A DNA stretch of 64,000 nt from Nitrospirota bacterium (GTDB taxonomy: Bacteria > Nitrospirota > UBA9217), in assembly GCA_021814615.1 (NCBI GenBank), contig JAKAHZ010000005.1, positions 4,786 to 68,785 on the forward strand, written 5' to 3'. The position numbers and the translations under genes were made by a program. Position 1 is the first letter of the stretch, and every line of letters begins with the position of its first letter. Positions 19,920-29,542 of the stretch are shown in pieces. Below the pieces are notes generated by a model. That model saw only the letters and a list, made by a program, of their open reading frames with translations. It did no database searches and had not been told where the DNA came from.

Positions 19920-20643
19920 TCTCGCGGATTATGACTCGAAGGCGCGCGCCGCAGTTAAAAAGTTCTGGACCGGCAGGAAGAGTGCGGCGAAGAAACAGCG
20001 CGCTTCGGGAAGGAAAGATCAGGGCGAGCGCAGTGCTGTAACCGCTGGCAGCAATATGAACGGGTTCATCGACATGGTTGTTGACATAGTCCATGCCAAT
20101 GGATTGCCTCATGCGGAAATAATGTTGAAACGCAGCGTGCTTACTCTGCCGGGCTATTTTCGGCCGACAAAGTTGTGGGACTTGATTGTGATTCACGAAG
20201 GGAAGCTTGTCGCTGCGATCGAGTTCAAGTCTCAGGTCGGACCGTCGTTCGGCAATAATGCCAACAACCGTTGTGAAGAAGCGCTCGGAACGGCTACCGA
20301 TTTCCGCACCGCCTTTCGGGAGGGCGCCTTTGGAAGGAGCAAGAAACCATTCGTAGGATATCTCATTCTGCTCGAAGACGCTCCAGCTTCTCGTACGCCG
20401 GTAAAGGACGTTTCTCCGAACTTCCCCATTTTCCCGGAATTCCAGAATGCATCCTATGCGGAACGCTACAGAATCCTTTGCGAGAAGCTCATGTTTGAGG
20501 AGCTCTATAGCGCGGCCTCTGTTCTTCTCTCGCCGCGCGCTGCTTCCCGATCCGGTGCGTATTCAGAAATCAGCGAGGAAACAGGCCTTAAATCGTTCGT
20601 GTCGACTCTTGCTGCGTACATTGCCGCTGAAGCAGCAAAGTAA
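19909..20643 (+). CDS. Putative type II restriction endonuclease (PD-(D/E)xK; XhoI/PaeR7I-like by size and arrangement)
   Basis: Start overlaps the methylase stop by 11 nt with a GGAGGAGGAG RBS. 244 aa; '[20 protein letters not shown]' gives a D...E-x-K nuclease motif. The methylase-then-~245-aa-nuclease architecture mirrors PaeR7I; family assignment is from memory, not a search. Confidence 0.45.
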   Translation: MPLDLADYDSKARAAVKKFWTGRKSAAKKQRASGRKDQGERSAVTAGSNMNGFIDMVVDIVHANGLPHAEIMLKRSVLTLPGYFRPTKLWDLIVIHEGKLVAAIEFKSQVGPSFGNNANNRCEEALGTATDFRTAFREGAFGRSKKPFVGYLILLEDAPASRTPVKDVSPNFPIFPEFQNASYAERYRILCEKLMFEELYSAASVLLSPRAASRSGAYSEISEETGLKSFVSTLAAYIAAEAAK

Positions 20644-20733
20644 AAAGGGCCTCCTTGTTGACTGAATAGCTGCCTAGCACGTTCGTCGACGGTTTGGTGC
20701 TGCGGCTGCCGGCCATAGATGGAATCGGTTCAC

Positions 20734-20764
20734 GGGCTTGGGAAGAGTTCCCAAGCCCTTTTTT
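20734..20764 (+). terminator. Rho-independent terminator GGGCTTGGGA-AGAGT-TCCCAAGCCC + T6
   Basis: Read directly; lies 90 nt downstream of the nuclease stop and marks the right edge of the low-GC island. Confidence 0.6.
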
Positions 20765-20926
20765 GTTCTCGGACAAGACTCCCCCGGAAATACCCTTCTT
20801 TTTTCCTTTATCAGAAAAGCGAAAACTACTATACTCTGCGAAGTTTTCGATCTCCGGTGGGAGGATCGCGCAGTGATTCTCCCCGACACAAGATTGACCG
20901 AAATTCCGAATGCGAGAGGACACCTC

Positions 20927-23803
20927 ATGCGCAAGAACCTGTTGATCTTTCCGGCAGTCTTTGCCCTCCTATTCCTGTACTTGTCCGAAGCAAACGCCGC
21001 AATGACGGTGACTCCGAACATTCACCGGAGCGGCGACGAAGGCTATTTTTCCGCAGTGATCCCGCGGCCGAAGAACGCGCCGGAGGGCTGGCTCTCGATC
21101 GTTGCCAAGCGCAAGGAGGGGGATATTTACCTGGTGCATGCCTCGCTGCCCGCGCAGACGGAGAATGAGCAAACCCCGTCTATCACCCTGGCAGGCAGAT
21201 ACGGAAAAGCGGGGACCGCATCAGTGGTTATTCTTGCCAAGCCCGCGCTGGATGCTGCAGCTGAGTATCAACCGCTCATGACGGTCACCTTTACGCTGCC
21301 CGACGCCCCCAAGTCCGATCCCGAGGTAATGGAAACCTGGGCGAAGCTTCAGCAGCGAATCATCTATGGCATGAACTACGGAGGCGGAGACACTTTCTCC
21401 GTCTATTGGAACATGGTCGCCGGCCGGCGTTACGGCCTGGAGGCGTCCAGCGGATGGGATGGAGAACGATGGCGCGGGAACAGGGAGACACCTGACCTGT
21501 ATGACATCTTCACCGGCGCTGCGGCCATTCAGGAGAGCCTGCAGCTCGAGGTCCTGGGCGCTCGCGGCCGACAATCGCAATCCGGCGGCCCGACCAAGGC
21601 GGGTCTCGTATCGCTGGCAACGCTCAGCGGACCGGCGGTCAAGTCCCATCCCTTCGAGGAGATGCTGAAAGGACGTTCGCCCAAGGTGCCCGTCCTGTCC
21701 GGCCTGATCCCGGCGGACCAGTACGCGGTGTTCTTCACGGACATCAACAAGCAACTGGAGCTTGCCGATCTCCTGGAAGAGTGGGGCGGAAGCCTGCTCG
21801 AATCCCTGCATGCAAGCTCCCGCGATTTCCGGGTGCGGAAGAAGCTCGTCACGCAGCTCTGCCTCGAGACCAGCGTGCTGACGCGGCTCTTCGGCGACCG
21901 CGTCATCGGGTCCATGGCCATGACGGGCGGAGATCCCTTCCTGAAGGAAGGCACCGATTTCACGGTGCTCTTCGCGCTCAAGAACCGCGAGGTCTTTCTT
22001 GCGCAGATGGAGAGACGCTATGCCGACGCCGTGTCCGCGCACAAGGCGCGGCGGGACGAATTCTCGTCCGGCGGGCTCAAGCATATCGCCGTGACGACCT
22101 TCGACCGCAGCATCTCGTCCTACCTTGTCGTGATCGGCGACGTGGCGGTGGTATCGAACAATCTGGAAGCGTTGCGGCGGGTGATCGAGACGTCGGCGGG
22201 GAAACTGCCCTCGTTGAAAGCGTCCCGCGATTTTCAGTATCTGCGGACGATCTTTCCCGAGGGCGACGACAAGAACGAGGATATCTTCATCTATCTCTCC
22301 GACGCGCATATCCGCAGGCTCGTGGGTCCGGCATCCAAGATCGGCGAGGCCCACAGGATCACTTGCGCGGCCAATCTGCAGATCCTGGCCAACGCGCGGT
22401 TCTGGTACCGTTCCGAGCGGCGCCGGGAGCCGACGATGCAGGACCTGAAGAGCGGCGGGTATCTGGGCGACAGTGCGCTCGACTGTCCAGACGGGGGATC
22501 CTACGACCTGGAACGCGGGACCGGCACGCCGGTCTGTTCCGTGCACAACCGGCAGGGGTATCTGACGCCGCTGGCCGCCGTCGCAGTGCGCGGCGCCACG
22601 AACCGGGAGGCGACGCAGTACAAGGCCTTCGTGGAGAATTACAACCGCTACTGGCGCCAGTTCTTCGATCCCATCGGCATCCGCGTCAAGCTGGGCGAGA
22701 ACATCCGCATCCAGACGTGCATCCTGCCGCTGATCGAAAACTCCTGGTATGACGGCTTCGCCGCCTTCTCCGGGAGGGAGACCGGCACGGTCACGGAAGC
22801 GACGGTGCTGCCGCGAACGATCGTGTCGCTGCGCGGCCATGTATCACGCGACTGGCTGGAGAAAGTGGACTTCTTCAAGAGTTACCTGCAGCGTCGAAAG
22901 CTCTCTTCCCGATGGCTGGGAAATGAATTTTCCCTGAACCTCTGCGACGGTCCGGTGCTCTTCACGCTCGACGGACGGGTGGCCGGCATGCTGGGGCAGG
23001 AAATGAACCGTCCTTCCCTCTCCACGATCGTGGTCGGCTATATTCTCTCTGCAGTCAATCTGCCGACCTACCTGTCCGTGAAGGTCAACGATCCCGGCGA
23101 GGCGGAGCGAACGCTGCCGCTGATCTTTCAGGGCTTGATGGCAGAACATCGCTCCAGGGAATTCTCGGCGGAAAGCTACGCCCTGGAACCCTATAAGGAC
23201 AAGCAGATCACGGTCTTCAGCTTCTCCCTCTTCGTCGCGAAACTGCGGCTCTACGCAGCCGTGATCGGGGACCGGCTGGTGATCGCCTCGCGCCAGGACA
23301 TCATCACCGACCTGATCGACGCTTCATCGACCAAGGGTGCAAGCAATCCGGGCAATCTCGAATTTTCGGTGTACCGAACCGCATTCCGCGACATAGAACC
23401 CACGGTCAGCCTCGGGTACCAGGAGGACATACGGCATGCCTGCCACAAGAATCTGGCACTTGCGCAGGCGATCCTCGATATCGGGGGCGCGAAGCCCGAC
23501 GAGTTCGCGTCCGTCGCCTTCGCGCTCCGCGGTTACGAGCCCTACTGCCCGTCAGGCGGCACCTATCGCCTCGATCCGGTAGTAAACCGCGTCGAATGCT
23601 CCCTCCACGGCAAAGCCTATCGTCCGAAGCAGCCGCTCAAAGGGCGCGATGATGCGCAGATCCTGCGGCTCGTGAACAGCATCAGGAAGATCAATGCCCG
23701 CCTCGCTTTCACGCCCGAAGGCCTGATGACCACCGTGGAGCTGCAGCGGACGTCCGTACCGCGGCAACAGGACAAGCCGGCGAAGAAAGGGTGGTTGTGG
23801 TAG
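20927..23803 (+). CDS. Large secreted protein (958 aa), function unknown; internally duplicated Cys motif
   Basis: Start at internal Met with GAGAGGA RBS; signal peptide 'MRKNLLIFPAVFALLFLYLSEANAA'. Two related motifs: 'CPDGGSYDLERGTGTPVCSVHNRQGY' and 'CPSGGTYRLDPVVNRVECSLHGKAY'. Confidence 0.6.
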   Translation: MRKNLLIFPAVFALLFLYLSEANAAMTVTPNIHRSGDEGYFSAVIPRPKNAPEGWLSIVAKRKEGDIYLVHASLPAQTENEQTPSITLAGRYGKAGTASVVILAKPALDAAAEYQPLMTVTFTLPDAPKSDPEVMETWAKLQQRIIYGMNYGGGDTFSVYWNMVAGRRYGLEASSGWDGERWRGNRETPDLYDIFTGAAAIQESLQLEVLGARGRQSQSGGPTKAGLVSLATLSGPAVKSHPFEEMLKGRSPKVPVLSGLIPADQYAVFFTDINKQLELADLLEEWGGSLLESLHASSRDFRVRKKLVTQLCLETSVLTRLFGDRVIGSMAMTGGDPFLKEGTDFTVLFALKNREVFLAQMERRYADAVSAHKARRDEFSSGGLKHIAVTTFDRSISSYLVVIGDVAVVSNNLEALRRVIETSAGKLPSLKASRDFQYLRTIFPEGDDKNEDIFIYLSDAHIRRLVGPASKIGEAHRITCAANLQILANARFWYRSERRREPTMQDLKSGGYLGDSALDCPDGGSYDLERGTGTPVCSVHNRQGYLTPLAAVAVRGATNREATQYKAFVENYNRYWRQFFDPIGIRVKLGENIRIQTCILPLIENSWYDGFAAFSGRETGTVTEATVLPRTIVSLRGHVSRDWLEKVDFFKSYLQRRKLSSRWLGNEFSLNLCDGPVLFTLDGRVAGMLGQEMNRPSLSTIVVGYILSAVNLPTYLSVKVNDPGEAERTLPLIFQGLMAEHRSREFSAESYALEPYKDKQITVFSFSLFVAKLRLYAAVIGDRLVIASRQDIITDLIDASSTKGASNPGNLEFSVYRTAFRDIEPTVSLGYQEDIRHACHKNLALAQAILDIGGAKPDEFASVAFALRGYEPYCPSGGTYRLDPVVNRVECSLHGKAYRPKQPLKGRDDAQILRLVNSIRKINARLAFTPEGLMTTVELQRTSVPRQQDKPAKKGWLW

Positions 23804-23884
23804 TGAGCGATCGTGGGCGATCCCAAAGCGCCGCATGCTGTGCGACGGTGATTTGATTTTTCCCGCTGTTCATGGCATAATCCT

Positions 23885-23914
23885 GCCCGGCTGATCTTTC
23901 AGCCGGGCTTTTTT
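23885..23914 (+). terminator. Rho-independent terminator GCCCGGCTGA-TCTT-TCAGCCGGGC + T6
   Basis: Read directly after the 958-aa gene. Confidence 0.6.
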
Positions 23915-23938
23915 GTTGCCAGTTCTGACGGAGGTCTC

Positions 23939-24913
23939 ATGGACATCCTGGACCTGACCTTTTCCGTGTCGGGCGTGACGACCAATCTGCTGCTGCCGCC
24001 GCTGGTCTCGCTGGTCATCTCCTTCTTCACCTCCATGGGCGGCATTTCCGGCGCTTTCCTGCTCCTTCCCTTCCAGATGAGCTACCTGAACTACACGGCC
24101 CCGTCGGTGAGCGGAACGAACCACGTGTTCAATATCGTTGCCATCCCGAGCGGCGTGTACCGCTATATCAAGGAAGGCCGCATGGCCTGGCCGCTCACCT
24201 GGGTCGTGATCGCCGGAACCTTGCCGGGCGTGTTCATCGGCTACTATCTCCGCGTGCTCTATCTTCCGCATCCGAGGACTTTCAAACTTTTCGTTGGCTG
24301 CGTGCTGCTCTACATCGGCGTCAGGCTCGTGAAGGAGCTGATCGGACCGCCCAAGGCGCGCTCCGCCGGGGGCCTGGCCTTCGAGGAGAAGTTCAAGGCC
24401 CGGGCAGCGGCGCAGAAACGCCGGGAGGGAACGCATGTGGCCGCGGGATTGCCGTCCGATGCCGTGGTCAAAACCATCAGCGTATCGCTTTCGAAGGTGG
24501 AGTACGAGTTCTGGGGCGAGCGTTTCTCCTTCAGCACCCTGGGCATGTTCAGTCTTGCCTTCGTCGTGGGCATCATCGGCGGCGCCTACGGCATCGGCGG
24601 CGGGGCGATCATCGCGCCCTTCTGCGTTGCCTTTTTCCACCTGCCGATTTATACCATCGCCGGCGCGACGCTCATGGGCACCTTCATCACCTCCGTGGCG
24701 GGCGCGCTCTTCTTCTCCCTGGTCCCCGCGACGAACGGCGTGTCGGCAATGCCCGACTGGCCGCTCGGCATCCTCTTCGGCATCGGCGGGTTCGTGGGCA
24801 TGTACCTGGGCGCCAAAACGCAGAAGTACGTGCCGCAGAAGGCCATCAAGATCATCGTCGCCACAGCGATTCTCTTCCTGGCGGTGCGGTATATCGTGCA
24901 GTTTGTGCGGTAA
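23939..24913 (+). CDS. TauE/SafE-family (DUF81) anion exporter membrane protein
   Basis: Two 4-TM repeats with 'GGISGAFLLLPF' and 'GIGGGAIIAPF' motifs characteristic of TauE/SafE. Confidence 0.7.
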   Translation: MDILDLTFSVSGVTTNLLLPPLVSLVISFFTSMGGISGAFLLLPFQMSYLNYTAPSVSGTNHVFNIVAIPSGVYRYIKEGRMAWPLTWVVIAGTLPGVFIGYYLRVLYLPHPRTFKLFVGCVLLYIGVRLVKELIGPPKARSAGGLAFEEKFKARAAAQKRREGTHVAAGLPSDAVVKTISVSLSKVEYEFWGERFSFSTLGMFSLAFVVGIIGGAYGIGGGAIIAPFCVAFFHLPIYTIAGATLMGTFITSVAGALFFSLVPATNGVSAMPDWPLGILFGIGGFVGMYLGAKTQKYVPQKAIKIIVATAILFLAVRYIVQFVR

Positions 24914-25149
24914 CAACGATAAGAATCAAATATCGAACTCTTCACTGCCGAGAGCGCGGAGAACGCAGAGAAGTACCAGCAGTTAGGCGTTTTTGATTCT
25001 CGGTGGTCTCGGCGTCCTCGGCGGTAAATCAGGTTCCTCTAGCGTTTTTCAGTTACCAATCTCCTTTCTCGTTGACAACCTCTCCTCTTTTTGGGATATT
25101 CGTCACTGAACATTTGCTCTCATCACCATAACGTAAAGAAGAGGTCCCC

Positions 25150-25668
25150 ATGCCGACTCCTCCATCCGCCAATGACCTGAAGAAAGCCTACCGCACCGTC
25201 TCGGTGATCGGACTGGCGATGATCGCGAGCGTCTTCGTGTATTCCATCGTGGTCAGCTTCCTCGAAGACGGCCGCATCCCCGCAGCCGCGCCGCAGGTCG
25301 ACGAACTGACGGCGAACACGGTGAAGTTCGTGCTGCTCGGCATCGCGGCGGTCCTGTTCTTCGTGATCCGCATCGTGAACCGCCAGATCCTTTCCCGTTC
25401 CGCGGATCAGTCCGCGATGTCCATCAAGCAGGGGGAGCAGGCGGGACTTTCGCCTGCCATCCAGCGTCTTGTGACTGCTGCAGTGGTATCCTTTGCGCTT
25501 TGCGAGGCGCCGGCTGTTTTCGGGCTGGTGATCTATATCCTCGGCAGGAACACCACGGACTTCTATCTCTTCATGCTGATCTCGCTCTTCTTCTTTTCCG
25601 TCTATTTCCCGAAATACAGCCAGTGGGAAACGTGGTTGCAGTCATGGCAACGGCAGGGGAGAAGATAG
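25150..25668 (+). CDS. Hypothetical 4-TM membrane protein
   Basis: 172 aa, four hydrophobic segments, RBS-like AAGAGG upstream. Confidence 0.4.
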   Translation: MPTPPSANDLKKAYRTVSVIGLAMIASVFVYSIVVSFLEDGRIPAAAPQVDELTANTVKFVLLGIAAVLFFVIRIVNRQILSRSADQSAMSIKQGEQAGLSPAIQRLVTAAVVSFALCEAPAVFGLVIYILGRNTTDFYLFMLISLFFFSVYFPKYSQWETWLQSWQRQGRR

Positions 25669-26064
25669 AGAGAAGAGGAAGGGGAGCGGGGAAGAAGGCT
25701 TGTTTTTGTTCCTTTTTGATATTTCGTGTGCTATCAATAAACTTCGTATCTTGCATGTTTCCCTTCCTTCTTTGCTATACTTGATCCATCCATATCATAC
25801 AGACTGTTCGCTGATGTTTCCTCGATAAAGCCACACCTGCCGCAAGACAGGGACGGAAAGCAACGGATCGCGGAGAACGTGATGGCCGGGCTGCCGAAGG
25901 ATGATACCTTTGGTGTGCCCGGCTTTTTTGTTTCCCGAATCCTTATCGTCGAGCATGCTCTTCTCACAGGAAATTCAGGCTGAGCAACAAAGCACGCCGC
26001 CTTGGCACGGCATGAACCGGCTTCGCCGATCGCACAAAAACGATGAGCGCAAGGGAGGTCCGAT

Positions 26065-28302
26065 ATGAAGAGATCAGCGCTTCTTTCGATATTTGCCTAC
26101 TTGGCGCTTGCTGCGCTTACTTCCTGTGGCGGAGGGGGAGGCGGGGAAGGAGTCCCGACTGCGCCGACGAATGTGGCGATTGTCGCGGGCGACGGTCAGG
26201 CGACCGTGTCCTGGGACGCAGTGGCAGGAGCGGATTCCTATCACCTTTATTGGAAAACCTCACCCGGCGTTGCAACGACTGACAGCATGGTTGACGCCGC
26301 CACGTCTCCTCAAGTGCTCTCGGGACTTGCAAATGGCATGGCATATTATTGTGTTGTCGCGGCGGTCAACGCGTCCGGCGAAGGTCCGTTGTCAGTTGAG
26401 GTTTCCGCAATACCGCAGAAGTCCGCACCTGCGGCACCGACCGGCGTTGCTGCTTCCGCAGGGAACAGCCTGGTGACCATAAGCTGGAATTACGTGGACG
26501 GCGCTTCCTCCTACAATATCTACTGGTCCACGATATCCGGCGTGACCAAGGCAACGGGCACGAAACTGGCTGGCGTTGCATCTCCCTATCCCCATCCGGG
26601 GTTGACGAATGGCGTCACTTATTATTACGTCGTAACAGCGGTTAATGGCGGCGGTGAGAGCCAGGAATCTGCTGAGGTTTCCGCAACTCCGCAAGCCGTG
26701 ATGCCGACAGCCCCTGTCGGTGTCGTTGCAACTGCCGGGGATAAAACAGTAACGGTCACGTGGAGCGCTATTGCTGGTGCTCCTTTCTACAACATTTACT
26801 GGTCCACGATATCCGGCGTGACCAAAGCAACGGGTGCAAAACTGTCCAGTGTTTCATCTCCCTATACGCATGCGGGATTGACGAACGGTACGACCTATTA
26901 CTACGTCGTTACTGCGGTGAATGGGGATGGGGAGAGCCTCGAGTCCGCACAGGTTTCGGCGACACCGTCCCTCCCCCCGCTGGGTACGCCGCTGAATCTA
27001 TCGGCGACTCCCGGGGTTCAGTCCGTCGCGCTCCAGTGGTCGCCTGTCGCAGACGCAACTTCGTACAACATCTACTGGAGGAAGTTTCCCGGCGTGACCA
27101 CGTCGAACGGAACGCTTCTCGCTCAGGCAACCTCGCCGTACAAGCACGCAGGGCTGACGGCGGGCATCTATTACTATATTGTGACCGCCGTGGGGCAGGT
27201 AGGCGAGGGTGCGGCATCATCGGAAGTATCCGCGCCGGCCAATCTGGTGATGTTCGTCACTTCCGCGACAGGAAGCGGCACCCTGCGTACCTGGGCTGAC
27301 GCAGGCGGCAAGACGGGTCTGGCCGCAGCCGACACCATCTGCCAGGCACGGGCAGCAGCTGCCGGACTGACGGGGGTATTCAGGGCGTGGATTTCCAACA
27401 GCGCGAATGATGCATATTGCTGGGTGCACAATCTGTCGGGAAAGAAATCCGCGAACTGCGGGCAGGTCACGCTTCCGGTCGGAGCGGGACCCTGGATCAG
27501 GACCGACGGATTCCCCTTTGCCGGGACAATCGACCAGGTCGTGAATAATTACACGATCTATTCTCCGGCTCGGTTCGATGAATTCGGCAAAGAGGTTACA
27601 ATGTCTCTTTACTTTACCGGCACGGAGGATAATGGAGTACTCGACACCCTTGATTCCCCTCCCGCGTGCGACGACTGGCAAGTCGGCGGAATGCTCTCGG
27701 TAGCAGCCGGCTGGACCGTATTCACTGGATCATCATGGACGGCGCGGGGCTGTGCATGCTGGGAAACTGGACGGTTGCTGTGCCTCCAGACCGGCACAGG
27801 ACCTTCGCTCCCGAATTTCACAGCTTCCGGCAAGAAGGTATTCCAAACTTCCACAACACACAACGGCAATTTCGGCGGTCTTGCAGGCGCTGATGCTATC
27901 TGTCAGGCACGGGCTGGCGAAGCGGGACTGACGGGAACCTTCAAGGCCTGGTTGTCGACCGATACGATCAATGCGGCGGACCGGCTCACCAGCAGCGGCC
28001 CCTGGGTGCGGCTGGACGGCATGAAGATCGCCGAGAGCAAAGCGGACCTTCTCGACGGTTTGCTCTTCACCGCCATCAATGTGACCGAGCAGGGCGTCTA
28101 TGACAAGGGCGGTACGGTCTGGACGGGCACGAACGCCAATGGGAGCCTGGCAGTGGGTCTTAACTGTTCCGGCTGGACGGATGGGACGAACGCTAGTTTA
28201 GGTATCGCAGGGGGATCATTCGCCACAGATGCATGGTGGACGAAGGAGTGGTCGAACGTTCCGTGCTATGGCAATGAGAAACTCTATTGTTTCGAGGATT
28301 GA
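26065..28302 (+). CDS. Lipoprotein with five tandem fibronectin-III-like repeats and two C-terminal Cys-containing DUF1554-like domains
   Basis: Lipobox 'LAALTSCGG'. Five ~90-aa repeats of the form 'P.aP.gV.A.aGd..vT.sW..v.GA..YniYWst.sGVT...Gtkl..v.SPY.H.GLTNG.TYYYVVTAVNg.GES'. Two repeats of 'FVTS...G.L.....G..GLA.AD.ICQARA...GLTG.FKAW.S...'. Confidence 0.7.
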   Translation: MKRSALLSIFAYLALAALTSCGGGGGGEGVPTAPTNVAIVAGDGQATVSWDAVAGADSYHLYWKTSPGVATTDSMVDAATSPQVLSGLANGMAYYCVVAAVNASGEGPLSVEVSAIPQKSAPAAPTGVAASAGNSLVTISWNYVDGASSYNIYWSTISGVTKATGTKLAGVASPYPHPGLTNGVTYYYVVTAVNGGGESQESAEVSATPQAVMPTAPVGVVATAGDKTVTVTWSAIAGAPFYNIYWSTISGVTKATGAKLSSVSSPYTHAGLTNGTTYYYVVTAVNGDGESLESAQVSATPSLPPLGTPLNLSATPGVQSVALQWSPVADATSYNIYWRKFPGVTTSNGTLLAQATSPYKHAGLTAGIYYYIVTAVGQVGEGAASSEVSAPANLVMFVTSATGSGTLRTWADAGGKTGLAAADTICQARAAAAGLTGVFRAWISNSANDAYCWVHNLSGKKSANCGQVTLPVGAGPWIRTDGFPFAGTIDQVVNNYTIYSPARFDEFGKEVTMSLYFTGTEDNGVLDTLDSPPACDDWQVGGMLSVAAGWTVFTGSSWTARGCACWETGRLLCLQTGTGPSLPNFTASGKKVFQTSTTHNGNFGGLAGADAICQARAGEAGLTGTFKAWLSTDTINAADRLTSSGPWVRLDGMKIAESKADLLDGLLFTAINVTEQGVYDKGGTVWTGTNANGSLAVGLNCSGWTDGTNASLGIAGGSFATDAWWTKEWSNVPCYGNEKLYCFED
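26150..27240 (+). repeat. Tandem ~270-bp coding repeats (FN3-like units) within the lipoprotein gene
   Basis: Near-identical nucleotide stretches, e.g. 'atctactggtccacgatatccggcgtgaccaa(g/a)gcaacggg' at ~26518 and ~26788. Confidence 0.7.
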
Positions 28303-28435
28303 ACGTGCATTGTTGTGGTACGAGGGGAGCAAGAGATCATCGTCGTTGCTGCGGTGAACGCAGAAGGGGGAGGATGTGGAATTGGCCCAGGGCTGCAGGC
28401 TTGTGACGAAGGAGGAATGAAGAAAGACTATATTC

Positions 28436-29440
28436 TTACAGCGCCTTGCTTGCCTGGGGATTCAACTCCAGGCCTGAGCGTTCGCCCCGCTCGTAGCGAA
28501 GGAAGCCGGTGAGCGCGATCATGGCCGCGTTGTCGATGCAGTAAGACATTCCCGGAATCGCCAGGCGGAGGCCGTTCTTCTCCGTTTCCTCGATCATCCG
28601 CTTCCTCAGCATGCTGTTCGCCGCAACGCCGCCCGCAACCACGACGGAGCGCACGCCGGTCTCCTTCGCCGCAAGCATGGTCTTGTCGACGAGCGTTTCC
28701 ACAACCGCCGCCTGAAAACTCGCCGCCACATCCCGGATATTCAAACTCGGATCGAGCCCTGCATCCTTCGAACGGAAAATCGCCACGCGGTTCCTGACCG
28801 CGGTCTTGAGTCCGCTGAAACTGAAATCGAATCCTTCTCGCACGCCGCGCGGGAAGGCAAAGGCTGCCGCGTTCCCCTCCTGCGCCAGGCGGTCGATCAC
28901 CGGGCCGCCGGGATAGGGGAGGTCCAGGAGCTTCGCCACCTTATCGTAGGCCTCGCCCGCCGCATCGTCGCGCGTCTGGCCCAGGAGCCGGTAGGAGCCG
29001 AATTCCCGCACATGATAGAGCGCCGTGTGGCCGCCCGACACGAGGAGGGCCACATAGGGGTATCCCAGGCCGGGGTGCTCGATCTGCGCGGCAAGGATGT
29101 GGCCCTCGCCGTGGTGCACGCCGATGAAGGGGATGCCGAGGCTGTAGGCCGTAGCCTTGGCGAAGGAGACGCCGACGAGCAGCGCGCCGATCAGGCCGGG
29201 CGCCGAGGTGACGGCGATCAGGCCGATGTCGGAAAGGCTGACGGACGCCGCGGCAAGGGCTTCGCTCACCACGGGCATGATGTTCCGGAGGTGTTCCCGC
29301 GAAGCGAGCTCGGGCACCACGCCGCCGTACTTCTCGTGGAGCTTGACCTGCGACGAGACGATGCTGGACAGCACGGTCCGTTCCCGGAGGACCGCGGCTG
29401 CCGTTTCATCGCATGAGGTTTCTATGCCGAGGGTATACAT
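28436..29440 (-). CDS. tsaD: tRNA N6-adenosine threonylcarbamoyltransferase TsaD (Kae1/Gcp)
   Basis: 'MYTLGIETSCDETAAAVL', 'GVHHGEGH' metal-binding motif; ~334 aa. Confidence 0.9.
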   Translation of the reverse strand: MYTLGIETSCDETAAAVLRERTVLSSIVSSQVKLHEKYGGVVPELASREHLRNIMPVVSEALAAASVSLSDIGLIAVTSAPGLIGALLVGVSFAKATAYSLGIPFIGVHHGEGHILAAQIEHPGLGYPYVALLVSGGHTALYHVREFGSYRLLGQTRDDAAGEAYDKVAKLLDLPYPGGPVIDRLAQEGNAAAFAFPRGVREGFDFSFSGLKTAVRNRVAIFRSKDAGLDPSLNIRDVAASFQAAVVETLVDKTMLAAKETGVRSVVVAGGVAANSMLRKRMIEETEKNGLRLAIPGMSYCIDNAAMIALTGFLRYERGERSGLELNPQASKAL

Positions 29441-29542
29441 GAAATCAAGTGGGTAGTTCGGAGTGGGGAGTTCGGAAGACGCGGAAAAAGCAACGAGCTG
29501 AATGCGGAATGCCAGTTGTTCGCTCCGAACTCCGAACTGTAG

